This document shows positions 56,127 through 64,000 of a stretch of DNA of 64,000 nt, in pieces. The notes under the pieces were generated by a model. It saw only the letters and a list, made by a program, of their open reading frames with translations, was not told the DNA's origin and did not search any database. The position numbers and the translations under genes were made by a program. Position 1 is the first letter of the stretch; every line of letters begins with the position of its first letter. Origin of the DNA: Bacteroidales bacterium (GTDB lineage: Bacteria > Bacteroidota > Bacteroidia > Bacteroidales > VadinHA17); the NCBI GenBank assembly GCA_032260385.1, contig JAVVEL010000008.1:7313-71312 (forward strand). Reading direction: 5' to 3'.

Positions 56127-57081
56127 TAATCAGTGTATCATTAATATCGAAACCCCTGAGGAATTCACTTACATGCATTAATTTTCGCCCTTCCATCTGC
56201 AGCCTTTCTATATCAATGGCACATCCTCCGGTTCCTATCCTCAGATAGGTTTTATCGTCACTGTCGATCTGTCCGGGTTTTAAATTTTCATATTGTTTAA
56301 GGCATTTGCATTTACCTATTTTTACGATATGGTCCTTACCGGCCTTCCTGAAGATTGTTCTTGCTCCCGGTTGCGGATATAAACCGCGAATGAAATTATA
56401 AACATCATTGTTTTTCATATTCCAGTCAATGTAACAATCCCTGGTGTGGATTTTCGGAGCTTTTTTTAGCATTTCATTATCACCCAGGAGGCTCGACTGG
56501 TCTATTGTTTTAACATTGCCCCTGGCAAGGGCTTTAACTGTTTTAACCACCAGTTTTGCTCCTTCCCTCATTAGCTTGTCATGCATGTTACCGGCACTGT
56601 CATCTGCAGCAATATTAACCTTCTTCCTGAAAAGTATTTTACCCGTATCTATATTGCCGTCAATAAGGAAGGTTGTCAGGCCTGTGGTTTTTTCTCCGTT
56701 AATGATAGCATGATGAATAGGTGCTGCCCCCCTGTACTGTGGAAGCAGGGAAGCGTGCAGGTTAAAGGTGCCTTTAGTGGGAATTTTCCATACTTCTTCA
56801 GGCAATTTCCTGAAGGCCACAACAACGATAATATCAGGCTTGAGGCCGGCAATCTCTTTGATGAAAGAAGGATCATCCAGGTTAAGGGGCTGGATGAGAT
56901 TAAGTAAGTTTTCTGTGGCATATTCAGCTACGGCTGACCTTTGGATTTTCAGTCCCCGGCCTGCAGGTTTGTCGGGAGCACTCACCACACCGACAATATT
57001 ATAATCATTTATGAGAAGCGACCCGAGGCTGGGTACTGCAAATTCAGGTGTTCCCATAAAAATGATTCGCGGTGGGGTCAT
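56107..57081 (-). CDS. fmt: methionyl-tRNA formyltransferase
   Basis: IIFMGTPEFAVPSL, the HASLLPQYRGAAPI SLLP motif, and a C-terminal domain. The start is moved to ATG 57081, because the track's 69-aa extension overlaps ribBA. Confidence 0.9.
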   Translation of the reverse strand: MTPPRIIFMGTPEFAVPSLGSLLINDYNIVGVVSAPDKPAGRGLKIQRSAVAEYATENLLNLIQPLNLDDPSFIKEIAGLKPDIIVVVAFRKLPEEVWKIPTKGTFNLHASLLPQYRGAAPIHHAIINGEKTTGLTTFLIDGNIDTGKILFRKKVNIAADDSAGNMHDKLMREGAKLVVKTVKALARGNVKTIDQSSLLGDNEMLKKAPKIHTRDCYIDWNMKNNDVYNFIRGLYPQPGARTIFRKAGKDHIVKIGKCKCLKQYENLKPGQIDSDDKTYLRIGTGGCAIDIERLQMEGRKLMHVSEFLRGFDINDTLIIKGLQA

Positions 57082-57091
57082 TGATTTTCCT

Positions 57092-58342
57092 TTAAAGTTT
57101 ACTCTTGGGATGTTTATAACAACTGATATAGTGACCCATTTTATCGGCCTTGGTCTGCAGGTAAAATTCGTTATGGGGGTTAGGAGTGATCTCCAGGGGA
57201 ATGGTTTCAACAATTTCAATGCCGTAGCCTTCGAGTCCGGCTCTTTTAACCGGGTTATTAGAGATAAGTTTAACCTTACCCAGGCCAAGGTCTCTCATTA
57301 TATTGGCACCAATTCCATAATCTCTTTCATCTTCTCCAAATCCAAGTTCCAGGTTTGCTTCAACCGTATCCAGTCCCTCTTCCTGCAATTTGTAAGTACG
57401 TATTTTATTGAATAAGCCTATTCCCCTCCCTTCCTGGCTAAGGTAAATAACTGCTCCCTTGCCTGCCTCCTCAACCATTTCCATTGCCTTATGCAGCTGT
57501 GGTCCGCAATCGCAGCGCAGTGAGCCAAAAATATCTCCGGTAAAGCAGGAGGAGTGTATTCTTACCATCACAGTTTCATCCTTTGTCCATGATCCTTTTA
57601 CCAGGGCTGCATGTTCAAGATGATTACTTAACTGCCTGAACGGGATAAAATCAAATTCTCCGTGCTCGGTGGGCAGATGGACTCTCAGTCCCCTTTCAAG
57701 GATACTCTCTTTTTCCAGCCTGTATTTTATAAGATCACTTATCGAGATTATTTTAATATTGAATTTTTCTGACAGTTTCAGCAGGTCGGGAAGACGGGCC
57801 ATTGATCCGTCTTCATTCATTATTTCAACAAGTGTTCCTCCGGGTCGGAGACCTGCCAGCCTTGTAAGATCAACGGCCGCTTCTGTATGTCCGGCACGCC
57901 TGAGCACACCTTTTGATTTGGCCTTTAGCGGAAAGATATGCCCCGGTCTGCCCAGGTTTTCGGGCCTGGTACGGGAGTCAACAAGGGCATTGATGGTAAG
58001 ACACCTGTCATGTGCTGATATGCCGGTGGTTGTGCTTTTACTGATAAGATCCACACTTACCGTAAATGGGGTATCATAGGCAGAGGTGTTTTTTCCGACC
58101 ATCAGCTCCAGTTCAAGCTCCTCACATCTTTCTTCAGGCAGGGGTACGCAGATAAGCCCTCTGCCGTGAGTGGCCATAAAATTCACAATTTCCGGGGTGG
58201 TAAGCTCAGCAGCGCAAATAAAATCACCTTCGTTTTCCCTGTCTTCATCATCTACCACAATAATCAGCCTTCCCCTTCGTATCTCTTCAATTGCTTCATC
58301 TATGGTATGAAATGGATTTTTTGGTATATTATTTTTTGTCAT
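57092..58342 (-). CDS. ribBA: bifunctional 3,4-dihydroxy-2-butanone-4-phosphate synthase / GTP cyclohydrolase II
   Basis: DHBP synthase block [12 protein letters not shown]...GHTEA and GCH-II block [21 protein letters not shown]. Confidence 0.92.
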   Translation of the reverse strand: MTKNNIPKNPFHTIDEAIEEIRRGRLIIVVDDEDRENEGDFICAAELTTPEIVNFMATHGRGLICVPLPEERCEELELELMVGKNTSAYDTPFTVSVDLISKSTTTGISAHDRCLTINALVDSRTRPENLGRPGHIFPLKAKSKGVLRRAGHTEAAVDLTRLAGLRPGGTLVEIMNEDGSMARLPDLLKLSEKFNIKIISISDLIKYRLEKESILERGLRVHLPTEHGEFDFIPFRQLSNHLEHAALVKGSWTKDETVMVRIHSSCFTGDIFGSLRCDCGPQLHKAMEMVEEAGKGAVIYLSQEGRGIGLFNKIRTYKLQEEGLDTVEANLELGFGEDERDYGIGANIMRDLGLGKVKLISNNPVKRAGLEGYGIEIVETIPLEITPNPHNEFYLQTKADKMGHYISCYKHPKSKL

Positions 58343-58377
58343 TGGATTTTAATACTGTATCTGTCTCGATTATGGTG

Positions 58378-58385
58378 CAAAAGTA
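58378..58385 (-). promoter_or_regulatory. candidate -7 box TACTTTTG for ribBA
   Basis: Matches TAnnTTTG on the minus strand, ending 35 nt upstream of the ribBA ATG. Confidence 0.4.
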
Positions 58386-58523
58386 TGATTTGTAAGCCAA
58401 AATACATAGACAAAACACTAAAAATACCCCCGGGCTATTTATGACTTATGTCATGGGCCAGGTATTTTTTTTCGGACGGCTTATTCACCGGCCCATAAAT
58501 TCTTCAATTATAAGGGGAACTTT

Positions 58524-60014
58524 TTATTGCTTATCAGCAGACTCAGCCTTGTTCACGGATTGTGTTAAACCAAGTTTTTTTCCTATGTTTTTGAAGAAGG
58601 CTGTGTATGTTTCCTTATTCATTATGGCTGCATCTGAAGTGGCTTTATAGGTAAGAAAGATACCCACTCCCATTAATATAACCGTTGATTCCCACATCCC
58701 AAATGGTACCGGGGCAATCCCTTCCTTAGCGGCCTTTTCCCCGAAAAGGGTGAGGACATACCAGATAACAAAGAAGAGAACAGCAATAACTACGGGCGTA
58801 CCCAGTCCGCCTTTCCTTATTATGGCTCCCAGCGGGGCTCCTATGAAAAAGAAAATAATGCATGAAACGGCAAGGGTTAGCTTCCTGTGCCATTCGGCTT
58901 TGAATTTCAGTATATGCTTTAATTCGGCATACCTTATATTACTTTTTTCTTCTATATACTGCAGACCTGACCTGGCCTGGTTAAGGGAATGGGAGACCAC
59001 CATCTGTTGCTGTATAGGATCAAGCGAAGCATAAAGGCTGTCAACACTGAAAACCAGGTTTTCTATTTCCACCGTATCACTTTTTATATCTCTGGTGTAG
59101 TAATTTCTCCTGGAGTATATTTTTGATGTTTTATATTCACGCACGTAACTTTCCTCCCGTGTTTTCAGTCTTTCGCTTAGTGAATCAATGTAATATTCAA
59201 GCTGGGCCATATTCTGCATGGTCTGGTGCGACTTGAACAGGTTTAGGTCGGAACGTTCCAGGTCGAAGCCACTCAGTTCTATTATCATTACCTGTTCACT
59301 GAAACGGTCTGACCTGAAGGGATATTTCTTCTGGCTTGCCGATCTGCCTTTTTCTTCTATATCGTTATAGGCGTAGCCGTTATAGAGTGTGAATATCAGT
59401 CCTGACTCATCCGGTGTCATGTTCATATAGCCCGAGTCAGCCATTACCAGCGATTTATTTCCCTGTGTGTCCCTGTGATCATAAATAAGTATCTTTTCAA
59501 GCTTGTTGGTTTCAGGGTCTTTCTTACCTATTTTGATACTGAAACCATCTATCCCGTTATAAAAAGTACCAGCCTGGATATTCAGTTCAGGTCTCTTCTG
59601 TGTAATATCATACATCAGGGTTTTAGCCTTCCTGTTCGCATAGGGTACTACATTATTGGAAAAGAAAAAAGAGCCTATGCTTATCAGGACAATGAATATG
59701 ATAAGAGGCCGCATTATTCTCTGCAGTGATATGCCCGATGATTTTATTGCTGTTAGCTCAAAGTTCTCACCCATGTTGCCGAAAGTCATAAGCGCAGCCA
59801 GGAGAATGGCAAGGGGCAGGGCATTTGGTACAAAGACAAGGGTAAAGTGGAATAAAAGCTCAGCCAGCACATCCAGTTCAAGACCTTTGCCCGCCAGGTC
59901 GTCGATATACATCCACAGGAATTGAAGGACAAATACAAACAGGACGATAAAAAATGTAAGTATTTGCGGTCCAATGAAGGATTTTAAAACCAGCCAGTCT
60001 AATTTCTTCATCAT
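58524..60014 (-). CDS. LptF/LptG-family LPS export permease
   Basis: N-terminus MKKLDWLVLKSFIGPQ. Three TM segments, a large periplasmic insert and three more TM segments. 496 aa. Confidence 0.8.
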   Translation of the reverse strand: MMKKLDWLVLKSFIGPQILTFFIVLFVFVLQFLWMYIDDLAGKGLELDVLAELLFHFTLVFVPNALPLAILLAALMTFGNMGENFELTAIKSSGISLQRIMRPLIIFIVLISIGSFFFSNNVVPYANRKAKTLMYDITQKRPELNIQAGTFYNGIDGFSIKIGKKDPETNKLEKILIYDHRDTQGNKSLVMADSGYMNMTPDESGLIFTLYNGYAYNDIEEKGRSASQKKYPFRSDRFSEQVMIIELSGFDLERSDLNLFKSHQTMQNMAQLEYYIDSLSERLKTREESYVREYKTSKIYSRRNYYTRDIKSDTVEIENLVFSVDSLYASLDPIQQQMVVSHSLNQARSGLQYIEEKSNIRYAELKHILKFKAEWHRKLTLAVSCIIFFFIGAPLGAIIRKGGLGTPVVIAVLFFVIWYVLTLFGEKAAKEGIAPVPFGMWESTVILMGVGIFLTYKATSDAAIMNKETYTAFFKNIGKKLGLTQSVNKAESADKQ

Positions 60015-60117
60015 AGTGCTAAGCTAGGGGCTTCAAAGCTACTAAATAAAATTCTATTTATTTAAAAATGACATAAGGGGAAGGCCCTGGAGGACTTATG
60101 CATAAATCGTGCCCGTT

Positions 60118-60498
60118 TTACAATCCCAGTGCCCGCTTGAGCTCAGTTATCTGTGTATCCCAGAGATAAATGGCGTCTTCTCTCTCACTTTCTTCGGCAA
60201 AATCGGTAATAAAGAGAGCCACATCCCCGGTCAGTTCATCAATATCAAGTTTAAACTCAAAGTATCTGTCCTCATTTTCGGCTGTTTCAGCCCACTTGAA
60301 TCGCACATGTTTATTTTCCCTGAGTTGTACCAGTCTTGCCCTGTGTTCGGTATTATCCCAAATAAAAATAAAATCATCACCGTCGATGTGTACATCATCG
60401 GCGAACCATTCGGCCAGTCCTTCTGCGGTACTTAATCTTGGAAACAGTACTTTTGGTGAGCTGTTCAGATTGTATTCGAGTTCATATTTTGATTTCAT
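60118..60498 (-). CDS. START-like / SRPBCC-fold small protein
   Basis: 126 aa from ATG 60498 (MKSKYELEYNLNSSPKVLFPRLSTAEGLAEWFADD...), which I recognise as the Bacteroidetes START-like family. The track's longer ORF runs antisense through the tRNA gene and is rejected. Confidence 0.65.
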   Translation of the reverse strand: MKSKYELEYNLNSSPKVLFPRLSTAEGLAEWFADDVHIDGDDFIFIWDNTEHRARLVQLRENKHVRFKWAETAENEDRYFEFKLDIDELTGDVALFITDFAEESEREDAIYLWDTQITELKRALGL

Positions 60499-60591
60499 CA
60501 ATTCAATTTTTGACAAATATTTTACGATCTTACGCAATATAGAAAAAATAACATTAATAAAAAACCATATTGATATATTGGAAGGATGTAT

Positions 60592-60599
60592 TATATTTG
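60592..60599 (+). promoter_or_regulatory. candidate -7 box TATATTTG for the tRNA(CAT) gene
   Basis: Exact TAnnTTTG, 52 nt upstream of the mature 5' end. The predicted leader can fold (TGCACC(C)GC ... GCGGTGCA). Confidence 0.4.
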
Positions 60600-60651
60600 C
60601 ACCCGCAAAAGCAGGGGAGATGACAACGCGGTGCATGTACCCGCAAAACAT

Positions 60652-60725
60652 GGCGAGATAGCTCAGATGGTTAGAGCGCATGATTCATAATCATGAGGTC
60701 CCGGGTTCAATTCCCGGTCTCGCTA
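60652..60725 (+). tRNA. tRNA with anticodon CAT (elongator Met, or Ile2 if lysidine-modified)
   Basis: The 74-nt cloverleaf was folded by hand: acceptor GGCGAGA/TCTCGCT (G1-T72 wobble), D arm GCTC-AGATGGTTA-GAGC, anticodon arm CATGA-TTCATAA-TCATG, T arm CCGGG-TTCAATT-CCCGG. It lacks the three G-C pairs of an initiator anticodon stem. Confidence 0.88.
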
Positions 60726-60738
60726 CAAAACTATAAAG

Positions 60739-60764
60739 CTCCGGAGCAATGCTCCGGAGTTTTT
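60739..60764 (+). terminator. rho-independent terminator of the tRNA(CAT) gene
   Basis: Stem CTCCGGAG / CTCCGGAG with loop CAATG, followed by TTTTT. It starts 14 nt after the tRNA. Confidence 0.8.
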
Positions 60765-60766
60765 CA

Positions 60767-60808
60767 TTTTCTGGCAGTATCAAGCTTGCTTGGAATACTG
60801 CCAGAAAA
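60767..60808. repeat. long perfect inverted repeat (14-bp stem TTTTCTGGCAGTAT / ATACTGCCAGAAAA)
   Basis: Read directly from the sequence. The 14-nt interior can add 4 more pairs (CAAG/CTTG). No T-run follows on either strand. A further 8-bp hairpin TGATTTGC-GCA-GCAAATCA lies at 60821..60839. Confidence 0.8.
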
Positions 60809-60871
60809 TGAGAAACTCAATGATTTGCGCAGCAAATCAGAGCTTTATAGTCTTGTTAAGCACCCCCTCAG

Positions 60872-60998
60872 GGAATCACGAACCGACCACAAGGAGGTTC
60901 GTAATTCCCGCACTTTAGCGCGGCATCCTTGAATTTCCCTGTAAATCAACCCATTCGAGGAATCACGAACCGACCACAAGGAGGTTCGTAATTCCCGC
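60872..60998. repeat. two identical 40-nt direct repeats, each an imperfect hairpin, with an 87-nt period
   Basis: The sequence ggaatcacgaaccgaccacaaggaggttcgtaattcccgc occurs at 60872..60911 and 60959..60998 with a 47-nt spacer. Each unit contains GGAATCACGAACC / GGTTCGTAATTCC arms. The single mismatch becomes a G-U pair only in a minus-strand transcript. Confidence 0.9.
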
Positions 60999-61013
60999 GC
61001 AGCTGTAAGATTC

Positions 61014-61985
61014 TTACCACGAACCCGAGGCGCCGCCACCCCCTGAGGAGCCACCACCACCCGAGAAGCTGCTGTGCGACCCGCTGCTGCCTGAACTCCA
61101 TGAACCGCCCGAACTACCTGTGGAAAATGCAAAGCCACCGATTGATGCCCTCCCTTTCGTTCGCAGATCTTCCTTTGCCTTCTTATACCAGTCTTTGTTT
61201 CTTAAGAATAATTTGGCAACAGGAAAGCCGATGAGGTAGGTAAGGAAACAGATCAGGGCTCCTTTTGATCCGAGCACGACTATCGGGAACATAGCCCAGA
61301 AGGGTATAAGGAAAAAATAAAGGAATCGACCGGCACCAGGATTGATAATGCCCATGGCCGTAAATAATCCCAGTATACCAAAGATAAAGCCACCAAGGAG
61401 GATACGGGCGGTGAAGGGCAGCTCGGGATTCTCAAAGTCTGAAAAAAAAGCATCCCCCGGGGAAGCGGCTTCCTTTCCTGCCTCTTCAATTGCCGGTACA
61501 TCACCTCCTTCAAGAATGGTAATAACAGCACTTACCCCCCCGCTGATCCCACTATCGTAGTCACCTCCTCTGAAGGCCGGTGCCATAATCTTATCAATTA
61601 TGGCCGCTGCTTCCAGATCAGTAAGAATACCTTCCAGTCCATATCCTACCTCTATTCGCATACGCCTTTCACCAGGCACCACAATGATAAGAATACCGTT
61701 ATCCTTATCTTCCTGGCCCAGCTTCCACTCATTGAAAACCCTGTTGGCAAAATCTTCAATATTTTCACCTTCAAGTGAAGCCAGTGTCAGGATAACAATC
61801 TGGTTTGTTGTTCTGATCTCGTTTTCTTTAAGCGTTTCGCTAAGTGATTCCCGGGTATTATCAGAAAGGATCCGGGCATTGTCGTTCACGCGACCTGTCA
61901 GATAGGGGACTTCTGTACTACTTACAAGCTGGCTATGAGCTATAAGCACAGATACCAAAATAATTATGTATCTCTTATTAATCAT
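61014..61985 (-). CDS. TPM-domain protein (YgcG-like) with a Gly/Ser-rich C-terminal tail
   Basis: Signal peptide, a TPM/phosphatase-like domain (VILTLASLEG...GILIIVVPGERRMRIEVGYGLEG), TM segments, and the tail GGSWSSGSSGSHSSFSGGGGSSGGGGASGSW. Confidence 0.8.
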   Translation of the reverse strand: MINKRYIIILVSVLIAHSQLVSSTEVPYLTGRVNDNARILSDNTRESLSETLKENEIRTTNQIVILTLASLEGENIEDFANRVFNEWKLGQEDKDNGILIIVVPGERRMRIEVGYGLEGILTDLEAAAIIDKIMAPAFRGGDYDSGISGGVSAVITILEGGDVPAIEEAGKEAASPGDAFFSDFENPELPFTARILLGGFIFGILGLFTAMGIINPGAGRFLYFFLIPFWAMFPIVVLGSKGALICFLTYLIGFPVAKLFLRNKDWYKKAKEDLRTKGRASIGGFAFSTGSSGGSWSSGSSGSHSSFSGGGGSSGGGGASGSW

Positions 61986-61990
61986 TATTC

Positions 61991-62629
61991 TTATTCGATA
62001 ATTTCGTTGGCTAATTCTTTTTTATCAGGTCCTGTGTCCAGGGGTGGACATAGTGCTTCAACAAGTCCATTCAGACCTGTTTCCATGGCATCCTTCATAT
62101 TCTTTTGTTTAAGGGCTTTGGTCATTTTTGATATAATATTTTTAAGCACATCAGCAGTTAACCTGTCTCTCACTCCTTTATCAGGAAGTATGACAACCTG
62201 TCTCTCGAACTGGCTGACAAGGATCAGAATCCCTCTGCGACTTTCAGTATCGAATAATTCACGTGACAGGAAGAGGGCTTCAGCATACTGTAAAGATTCT
62301 GTTTCCCTGCGATTCCTGGAAAGAAAGAACCTTGCGAACCCTGGAAATAAAAGGGTGAGGGCTGCAAGCAGGGCCCCACATGCAAAAATTGTGAGTATTG
62401 AGAAAAGAATAACTGTATCATATATCCACCCTAACAAAACAAGATGAATCACAAAAACCGTCAGTCCGGCAAGGGATGCACCCATGGCGAAAGCCTTCCA
62501 GGGAAGTTCCGCATAAGAGTCACTCCTTTTGACTGTGGCCAGTACTATTTGTGCCTTTGTCTTCAATTCAGATTCGGATATCAGTTTGTCGAGCCGGGCC
62601 CGATCAAGATCAGAAAAAATGTGCTTCAT
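61991..62629 (-). CDS. membrane TPM-domain protein
   Basis: A TPM-like domain is interrupted by two TM helices (QIVLATVKRSD...GILILVSQFERQVVILPDKG). It lies 5 nt upstream of the YgcG-like gene. Confidence 0.7.
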   Translation of the reverse strand: MKHIFSDLDRARLDKLISESELKTKAQIVLATVKRSDSYAELPWKAFAMGASLAGLTVFVIHLVLLGWIYDTVILFSILTIFACGALLAALTLLFPGFARFFLSRNRRETESLQYAEALFLSRELFDTESRRGILILVSQFERQVVILPDKGVRDRLTADVLKNIISKMTKALKQKNMKDAMETGLNGLVEALCPPLDTGPDKKELANEIIE

Positions 62630-63040
62630 TATTTATTTATTAGTAATCCAAGAACGAGGCTTTCAATAATTTTTTTTACTCTTAAATAGCTTAATCAAAT
62701 TTAGTATTTACCATGAAATACGTATGTATACTGCAGGTATTATTTTAATAGAATTTTTAAGGGGTACTTATAATGCAAGACCTTGCCTGACAAATGAATT
62801 AACTATTACATGCCAGTATAGTACGACAGGACCTTAAAACATAAAACAATTCCGTCTTTGAAAAATAACTTTTGGCTGACAAATATCAATATTTCATACA
62901 TCCCTTTGTTTTAACATACTTTAACGAAAAATTTTGTTTTTTGATTGTTACCGGCGGATAAAATCACGTCATAATATATCCACCTGATTATTTCAGACGG
63001 AAAACAAAATGATTTTTTAATAATAAAAGTATTTATTCAA

Positions 63041-63478
63041 ATGAAGAGAAGAGTACCTTTCCTTGCTATGATTTTTATCCTGAGTATTTTCAGTTTCACA
63101 AATTGCAGTGAAGCAGAGAAGGAATATGATTGCAATATGTCCGGTACCATAAGAGTATTTGGCACAGATAAAATATTTTCAGGATTACCATATATTGTCT
63201 ATGTTGACGTTGATACTGATCCATACAACGGTAATCATGTAAAATCATTTGAGGGTATTTACGTCGAGGGTGAGCTTCATTATGCAATTAATATCCGGGA
63301 TGTAGAAGAGGGTTTTTATTATGTTTATATGATGATGGATATTTCAAAGGGACTAGTCAATGTAGGGTTCTACGGTGCCGACCCGATTTCAGGGGAAACC
63401 CCGCCTTCTCCAAATGTGTATTTAAAATGCAGAACCGTGCTGGACTGGGAGATTTATTATAAAAGCTTAGAAGGTTAA
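63041..63478 (+). CDS. small lipoprotein, function unknown
   Basis: Lipobox SFTNC after MKRRVPFLAMIFILSIF. 145 aa. I recognise no family. Confidence 0.5.
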   Translation: MKRRVPFLAMIFILSIFSFTNCSEAEKEYDCNMSGTIRVFGTDKIFSGLPYIVYVDVDTDPYNGNHVKSFEGIYVEGELHYAINIRDVEEGFYYVYMMMDISKGLVNVGFYGADPISGETPPSPNVYLKCRTVLDWEIYYKSLEG

Positions 63479-64000
63479 TATCCATTCGCCTCCCGCCTCT
63501 CTTGATAGCTCTCCACTGCCCGTTCCGCCAGTACCCTTGTGGCATTGACAACCGGAAGCTCTACGCGATCAGGATTATAGGCAAGTGGTATTTCCGTGCA
63601 ACCCAGTACTATCACTTCTGCCCCCCGGTCGGCCAGGTGTTGACCTGCAATGGCCAGCAGATCCTCGTTTAACTGTGGATCAGTCTTTGCTTTTATGCCG
63701 TAAACGGCTTTCATTACGATGTTAATCTCTATGGAATCGATGGGGGTAAGTACCTCAAAGCCTTTAGCTTCCAGTTCTGTATTATAAAGACCCGATTCAA
63801 TTGTACCAGTGGTTGCCAGCAAGCCGACTTTTTTTACGCCGGGATACCTGTCTGCTACTTCAGAAGCTGTTTCCCTGATCATGTGAATTATGGGAATATC
63901 GACGGTTTCCTGCATATAGTCATAAAAATAGTGAACTGTATTGCATGGTATTACAATGAATGATGCTCCGGCATCTTCAAGTTTCTTCAAACTGAACCTG
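63475..64000 (-). CDS. aspartate/glutamate racemase family protein, C-terminal roughly 175 codons (N-terminus beyond the right edge)
   Basis: It has the two catalytic Cys contexts of the Asp/Glu racemase family (VIPCNTVHYF and VLGCTEIPL). The reading frame stays open to position 64000, so the track Met at 63990 is internal. Confidence 0.8.
   Translation of the reverse strand, partial: RFSLKKLEDAGASFIVIPCNTVHYFYDYMQETVDIPIIHMIRETASEVADRYPGVKKVGLLATTGTIESGLYNTELEAKGFEVLTPIDSIEINIVMKAVYGIKAKTDPQLNEDLLAIAGQHLADRGAEVIVLGCTEIPLAYNPDRVELPVVNATRVLAERAVESYQERREANGY

Noticed and set aside
58343-58523. FMN riboswitch expected upstream of ribBA
   Set aside because: I could not find the conserved FMN-element core (the GGGCGG/CCGAC-type helices) in either orientation. 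I see only a TAnnTTTG box and a short leader. Absence should still be confirmed with Infernal.
60872-60998. Possible mini CRISPR array (two identical 40-nt repeats with a 47-nt spacer)
   Set aside because: There are only two repeats. I see no cas genes and no AT-rich leader in the window. The unit is itself a long hairpin lying in a 3' UTR position, and the spacer is longer than the repeat. It is better described as a REP-like duplicated hairpin until a genome-wide search says otherwise.
61014-62629. TPM-TPM gene pair without the usual upstream LemA gene
   Set aside because: The 410-nt region upstream of 62629 is AT-rich and non-coding, so LemA is simply absent here. This is a minor synteny variation and I have no evidence that it matters.

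Overview
This 64-kb window looks like a chromosomal segment of a Bacteroidota genome. The evidence is type IX secretion and gliding genes (porV, porU, gldJ, PorP/SprF-family genes), TAnnTTTG-type -7 promoter boxes, many lipoproteins and little Shine-Dalgarno signal. I support about 50 protein-coding genes, 2 tRNAs (Val-TAC, Met/Ile2-CAT), several intrinsic terminators and four kinds of non-coding repeat. Most of the content is housekeeping: ispF, murF, mtaB, folC, dnaK, panB, fmt, ribBA, cdd, xseA/xseB, CCA-adding enzyme, thioredoxin and an LptF/G permease. The main accessory locus is a 2650-aa T9SS type-B-CTD adhesin (28336-36288) followed by its PorP/SprF partner, a beta-helix lipoprotein and an EEP-family nuclease or phosphatase. 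I found no rRNA, transposase, integrase, cas genes or recognisable defence system, so I cannot point to a clear-cut new multi-gene system. The five observations most worth a second look are listed here. (1) A translationally coupled xseA / TPR-histidine-kinase / His-less kinase paralog / xseB operon. (2) A 25-unit degenerate heptanucleotide (CTCTGCG) tandem array, whose sequence family also flanks the other side of an S15 peptidase gene. (3) A 270-nt structured, repeat-containing tail that ends in a terminator next to tRNA-Val. (4) A hairpin-dense region with two identical 40-nt hairpin repeats next to tRNA-Met. (5) The internal repeat architecture of the giant adhesin. All functional calls come from motif recognition by eye. 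No database search was run.
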